Both the position numbers and the translations under genes were made by a program. Below are positions 55,383 to 64,000 of a stretch of DNA of 64,000 bases, piece after piece (the first letter of the stretch is position 1; every line of letters begins with the position of its first letter). The DNA is from Trichoplax sp. H2. Lineage: Eukaryota. A model generated the notes under the pieces. That model was not told the origin of the DNA and made no database searches. It was given only the letters and a program-made list of their open reading frames with translations. The stretch covers positions 1-64,000 of the forward strand of contig NOWV01000236.1 of the NCBI GenBank assembly GCA_003344405.1, read 5' to 3'.

Positions 55383-58063
55383 CTACAGTATTTTCTTGAA
55401 GTATACTGAATTCTGCAATTTAAGGACCTACAAGAGAATTTAAACTTCATTACAACCAATACAGCCTAACTAAAACTTAACAAAAGTTGGTACTAGCTCT
55501 AAGGACGAATCAAGAACGTTTGCCACATTAAATAATATAAAATTTTTTTAGAATCACAGACCTCATTTCCCCAACTTGTCCAATGAGGAATCAAACTCCT
55601 AGCAAACATTTCCAAGCAGTTAGGTTGTTCACGGATAAAACGAGCGAATATACCTGCAGTAAAATATTTTCAAATCTAAAATGGATACTAATCATATGAA
55701 AGGCATCCAAAATCGAGCTTGTACTCGTTTAGAAATTACTAGTAATAGTATAAATTAAACCGATCGATTTACCATCAAGAGGAGGCTTATGTGAATGAAC
55801 CAATGATGGGATACTGCAAATAACGTTATGTTTAGGAAAAGCGGCAATACTTTCAGGTAACTCTGAACTACATGCACTTGGGAGATCTTCAGATAGCCCT
55901 GATTTCACCCCAATCAGCAAAATTTCATATGGTTTCTTGTGACTAGAGTCGAGATCATATACAAATTCACCGCCAGTTGTCAGCTAACAGAAAAAAATAA
56001 GAAAGTAAGCATTTTTATAATTTTACTTTCTAATTTAAAGCGCAGAATTCTTATCCTTCATGCCTTAATCCAATGCCATTCTCCTATTTCAGTTAATTTC
56101 CATTCTCGAAACAATACATCTCTGACATCCCTCAACAATTTCTGTTTGTTAGTAATCCATACAACGACAAGTCCATATCTGGCCAGTAATTCTGTGATGG
56201 GTAACTGAAGTAACTGATCGGTCGTTAACCAATGATATCTATAAACATAGTTATTTTAAGGTAGTTAACAGCAAGCAATTCTTTGCTTTCAAATCACACT
56301 TAGTTAAAGTTGTAATTTTGATCACATCACGCTACATACTGACTGCCTCTCTTAGCTGACTTATTTTCCCAAGGAGGATCGATTACTATCAAGTCATAAC
56401 CATCTTTAGGCTTTGCTAAAGGAACGAAGCATGACGATTAAAGTAAACAAATCCTATACTGAGAAGTAACATACATAAGCTATTTCTACATCATATAGCA
56501 ATAGCAGTACTGGCAGTACTTACATTTATACTTACAAAGTCTTGGTAACAGTAACAAGTGATAAATTCAGTAGCTATAGTCATATACTTGCCTTTCAGTA
56601 AAGCATCCAGACAAGAAATATCTGACATTACAAATTTGCTTTTCGGCGGTACAAAGTATTTTCCACCGGCTACTTCAATGGCAATCGGCTGAAGGAGAGT
56701 ATTCTTAATTAGCCGATTAAACGCATAAAAATTCGGGTTTGAAATTTTGCCTAAAATAGAAATAGTAAGAAAAATAAATAATATCAAGCTAAACATAGCT
56801 AATAACATGCAATCTTACGCCTTATATGATCTGTTATATCAGTTTAAGAAACTTACAAATATTTTTCTCAGTTACTAAGAAAGGGTTGCAATCGTCAACA
56901 TTAGTAGTAATTTTCGATAAGCTGCATAATTGTGATAATAGGCATGAAGATCCCTCTACAAATATTGAAAGTATCTGCTTATTTTAATATACAACAATTA
57001 AGAGAAAACTGAGTAGTCTAGCGCATCTCAACCGATTTAGGCGAATACTAAACACGCAATAAATGGCAACGAATATTGTGGTTATACCTGATGGTAAAAG
57101 TGTATGTTGTTGTAACTCCCCCTCAGAGTTGAAAGATTCAGTATTATTACGCATATTTCCACCTTCCAGAAAATAACCGGTTATTAAACTAGAATCCAAT
57201 ATTTGTCGATAGCTCGCAACGATGCAATTCCTAACCTATAAAATAAATAAATACAGTAATAATTATAAGTTTTACACTTATGCTATAATTGTCGCTGAAT
57301 TCTTGAAAGCACACGCCACAATTTAGTTAAGCGGCTAAGAAATAATCAATTCACGGCTAACTACATGATTTGGTAGAGTAATTATCGCCTTTATCAATAA
57401 GTAATCGAAAAATAGAATAAATTTTTAAATTTTAGAGCAAAACTTGCCTAGCACAGATTCACATTAAATTAATGGCTTACGTCATATATTAAGCTAAACA
57501 GTCCATATTCTATAACGCATATTTCATACCTTCTTATGATACTGTAGCTGTTGAAGCTCTCCAATGTTTACAGGTGCCTTCCTCTTACGTTTCTTTTTCT
57601 TGTATAAAGAATAATAAGACAATAATCTCGTAATCATTAGTAATTAATGACAGTATTTATTATATTTTTATGACAATTATATACATACACTGCACACGAG
57701 ATGATGTAAAGTAAAAGTACTAGTACAGTACGTAAAGTATCACGAGCGAGAGTTCTACTAGTATTTACGATTAATAATAGCATAAAGTGCTATTAAGCAA
57801 TCATACAGTACAGTTTCAGCAAGACACCATAAAAAAAAGAACTGTACCTTTGGTATTGTAGGGTCACTACCCAAGTTTCTATTGGCAGGAATGCGAGGTT
57901 TCCGTAAATCAAACAGAATATCCAGATAGGAATATTTGCCTATATCAGTGCATGCATTTTGTTGCGAATCATACGCTAAAACTGTATGCAACGTAAATGC
58001 ATCATCAACGGCTTTCTTATGGCTTATTAGCCACCCAGATGGATGGCCAGCAATAACAGCCAG
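55383..58063 (-). CDS. METTL4: MT-A70 family N6-adenine methyltransferase METTL4, multi-exon; start codon unresolved (CTG proposed)
   Basis: Spliced motifs SGWLISH, KKKRKRK..NIGELQ...YHKK, YFVPPKSKFVMSDI, VIDPPWENKS, WITN, WHWIKLT..GE, HKKPYE, HSHKPPL and LEMFARSLIPHWTSWGNEVLK. Confidence 0.9.
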
Positions 58064-58408
58064 ATTTATGAGTAACGTACAGAGACTGCTAACAGAAATA
58101 AACGCTGGGTTGTGTTAGCATCTTGGAGTGGCAACAACGAAAGAAACCAGTAAATGCCAGCCGTTACCAAATTTATTTATTTAAAGTCGCATGCACCACT
58201 GTTGTTGGATCGGTTTTCAATCACTTTCGATGCAACTAGGTATAGCTCGAGCTAGAGATCTGCAAACGATGCCAAAACGCAAAAGTAAAGTCCGCAGCAA
58301 CTTCAGTGTATTCAAGGTGGAAGCATCATTTGCATAGTAGCATAGTCCACTAGGCTTCCTAGTGGTCCTTAAACGGACCCTCAGCGAGAGACGTGCTAAT
58401 CTTTTGTT

Positions 58409-58575
58409 AGTACAGTACAGTACAGTACAGTACGGTACAGTACAGTACAATGGATTTCTTCGCACTGTAGGATACAGTACTGTTCAAGACTGTATAGCTT
58501 ACAGTACACTGTACTGAAGCTGAGCTGTGTTACAGTACTGTACTGTACACTGTGTACAGTACTGTACTGTACGGT
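58409..58575. promoter_or_regulatory. (ACAGT)n/(ACTGT)n tract in the METTL4-ELAV divergent promoter region
   Basis: About 8 tandem AGTAC units followed by inverted ACTGT units, ~100 bp upstream of the ELAV ATG. Confidence 0.6.
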
Positions 58576-58661
58576 ATATAGGTGATTGCATGTCACTGTA
58601 TCAGCAAGTAAAAGCTCAAATCTTTGGACCAACATTTGGAATTAATTTCTCGTACGATTGA

Positions 58662-60941
<2,280 letters not shown>

Positions 60942-63900
60942 TGCAAATCGTTATTAATTAACCTTATAATTTAATACTGGAGAAAAGTTATTCGAGTTAC
61001 AGAGAACTACACACGTACACAGTACTTTACAGGACTAAGTTTTAGGCAGCTTTAATATAATTTATGTCCTCATTTCTGCAGACAGTGTCATATTCGATGT
61101 TAATTATCTACGTAAAAATATCGGTACCCTATGCTCTAGTCACTAGCCGGCTATTCACGATATATTATAAAGCTGACATGAGCTAGTAGATGCTCCATCG
61201 CGAATATATTTTGCTAGCATGACTGGTAAAACTAATGGATGCTGATCGAAACTTGCTATCGAGTACTGTAGCTCTGCCAACGACGCTGCTGCAGTTGAAC
61301 GTCAACATACTATCAGTCCATCGATTAATTAATTATTATTGACCATCGAAAGGCTAATTTTATTTTATTTTTTATCTTTCATCATTTGTGACATTAATTA
61401 TACTCTATAATTTATAATTTATCGTAGGCATTATTCGTTCTACATCGGTAATCTCTAATCGTTATTTTAACTTACGTTTGATAGTTACGAATTTTCCTGC
61501 ATTCCTTAGCAGGAGTATAATTAGTGCTGTATCGTGATTGGAATTGTCTAGCGCGTAGAAAGTGCTTTTCCTTTATACATTTAACTTTTCTGTTGTCCAA
61601 TATTTTGAATCTGTTATGCAATCTTTGAATTGTAATGTGTTTCTGTAAATTTGGTAATATTTGGTTTATTCTGTTATGATTGAGCCCCGTGCTGAATTGT
61701 TGATTAGCATGCAATATAATGACTAAAATTGCGCATCCATCGCACCTTGCTTATCATTTCCTTTCGTTACCCAATACTGGTTTAAATTTACAATTATCGA
61801 TCTCAACTATATCGAAATATTTTATTGACCTCTTATTACTCTAAACGACATTATGCCTTATCCTCCATTATAAGTTTTTGCAATTTGCAAATGTAGGAAG
61901 ACATAAAATCGATAAATTCTTTAAGTTAATTAATTAGTTTAATTCATTTCATTTCGACGTCCTATGTTATTATTTGCCCCCAGATGAAATAGTGCGATTG
62001 ACTTTAAAGCGTTGTTGTCTATTTATAAGAGAATTAAAGTACAGTACACGACAGTTAGGGACTTCTGAGAGAAAATTCTCTTTAGAAGTCCATGGTACAT
62101 TTACAGTGTACATGCACTTTTGTACAGCGCGGTCCTGAGTTATACGTATGTATCACCTATTAAAAGTGGATACATTAAGGAAATTAATTAATAATTATTA
62201 TAATTTTATTTGGAGAATCTATTTTAATATTTGGATGCTACTGCATTAATAATAATTAATATATAATTATAATATAACGATGGACCGTACATAGAAACGT
62301 AATGGCAATTAGCCCAAGTACAGTAGATTTCTGTTTCTGCATTACAACGTTCGTCGTCCAGTGTACAGTATGTACACTGTACTATATACTTACAGTACTC
62401 GTGTTATCCAGTGAAGAACGCCCATAGCGATGTTATAACTGTGTTCCTAAGATTTTGCAGCATCCTTATCAGTTTCGATAGAAGTTCTTCTAAAATATTT
62501 ACGTTACTGCATTTTGTTATAGCTATCAACGTCGTTCTGTTAAAAATATTAATATCACGGTATTAAACACTAAAATTTCGTGATGTACAGTACCTTACGG
62601 ATTACCGTACCTTTATAAGGTAATTTCATTTACGGAGATGTTGAGGTTAACACAGCCACAATCTGTATTTAAAATGTAAGCAGTATGTACGACACATAAA
62701 GAGCAAGTGCGAATAGTGTAGTCATCGCGAATCATGGACAAAATATATTGCTGAGAAATGCCAGCGTTGACTCTTTGATTTCTTGCATACAACGGATAAA
62801 CTACCGCGATTTATTGCTTAGAAGGATAATTGAAATCTAAAGGTGTCAAAAGATTTCTTTGATTTCATTAATTGTACTATTCCTAACATTTGACCAAACG
62901 TTGCACATATTTTTAGCTGAATTTTGCTAATAATAACCATTTCGATGAATATTAATGCATTTGATCGCGTTCCTTTCATAGCGACTTCTCGTTATTTAAC
63001 TTTAGGTGTAATTAAATTTTGGTTTTTATTCCCATAACTATTGACATAGCATTTTCTATCTGACGTACTTATTAATGCATCTTTTCGAAATTGCTTTGAA
63101 CCTTTCTAAACATTGCGATATTCAAGTAGTTCTTACTGTATCTCAATCATGGAAATAAGCATAAATTGTTTAACGTGATTTAATATTTTACAATTTCCGC
63201 TCCAAAATGCCGCTGAATTCTCAACTGATTTTGTATCCAACGTCTAATCATAATTATAATTCGTTTTCAGTACACGTATTTGCCTTACCTATTGGTGAAT
63301 CGTTACAACCAAGCAAGGAGAAATTAATCTGAAGGCTCGATGCGGAAAAATAGTGGATTTACTATAGTTCACAGCCTTCAAGCTCGAGGCACATCTTACT
63401 AATTCGTACTTATTTACTAGTCTAAATTCTATTGTAAATATCACAGCGGGCAACAGCAGGGTTTAAAATAAATTGAGAAATGTAGACCTTTTTAAGTTAG
63501 GTAAATTATCTCCTCTTCAAATGACTACTTTCCATTGATACGACCTTTAGCCGCAGACTCAAATTGCGTATGCTGCAGAGCTGTCTTGATCGTGCAATGA
63601 GAAATTACAGTAATTAAATACTCGTGCAATAACAACTTCATCCTGCCTTTGCCCCCAATAAATACATAAATTCTCGACATAAGAATTGAATTGCTATCAT
63701 TCGCAACCTAAATAACACGAAGTAATTCCTAAAGAGGTAGCCTACTGCATACAGGCATGATACAGCTCATGGTATCTATTTAAAAATGATTTACTAACAG
63801 AAAAGCGATTATATTGAAAGTATATCATGCATCTTCCGCTCACATTATCTTAGATCTGTATTGAGATAAATTTGTTATTATATTGTATAATTCTTCAAAC

Positions 63901-64000
63901 AATAAAGCGGTTACTTTCATGAACAAGTTATTAAATTAAATCATTTCTTGTTTCGGTAGAAATTCCTAATGAAAGGTTCTTAAGACATTTACAACTGTCT

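Overview
AT-rich eukaryotic (animal) genomic DNA with short spliceosomal introns and five 20-N scaffold gaps. The compact introns, gene set and composition suggest an early-branching metazoan such as a placozoan (Trichoplax-like), which is an inference only. The left half (1-31.9 kb) is gene-poor. It holds two intronless class A GPCRs with matching non-canonical motifs and several solo-LTR-like insertions of up to three families; next to the gaps, filled and empty alleles appear to be assembled side by side. The right half is gene-dense: SPICE1(-), UBE2U(+), ANAPC16-like(-), DHCR24(+), RANBP3(-), METTL4(-) and an ELAV/Hu gene(+). Dense (ACAGT/ACTGT)n tracts lie upstream of each of these genes. 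Notable observations: the METTL4 conserved N-terminus has no AUG and a CUG in strong context sits at the expected start; there are three frame-required GC-AG introns; a ~96-bp hairpin with two RFX X-box-like sites lies between SPICE1 and UBE2U; a nested inverted-repeat-bounded ~88-bp tandem array lies between ANAPC16 and DHCR24; and a 3.3-kb segment is apparently replaced by a solo LTR on one allele. No CRISPR array, tRNA or rRNA could be supported. Gene names come from recalled similarity to known proteins, not from database searches.
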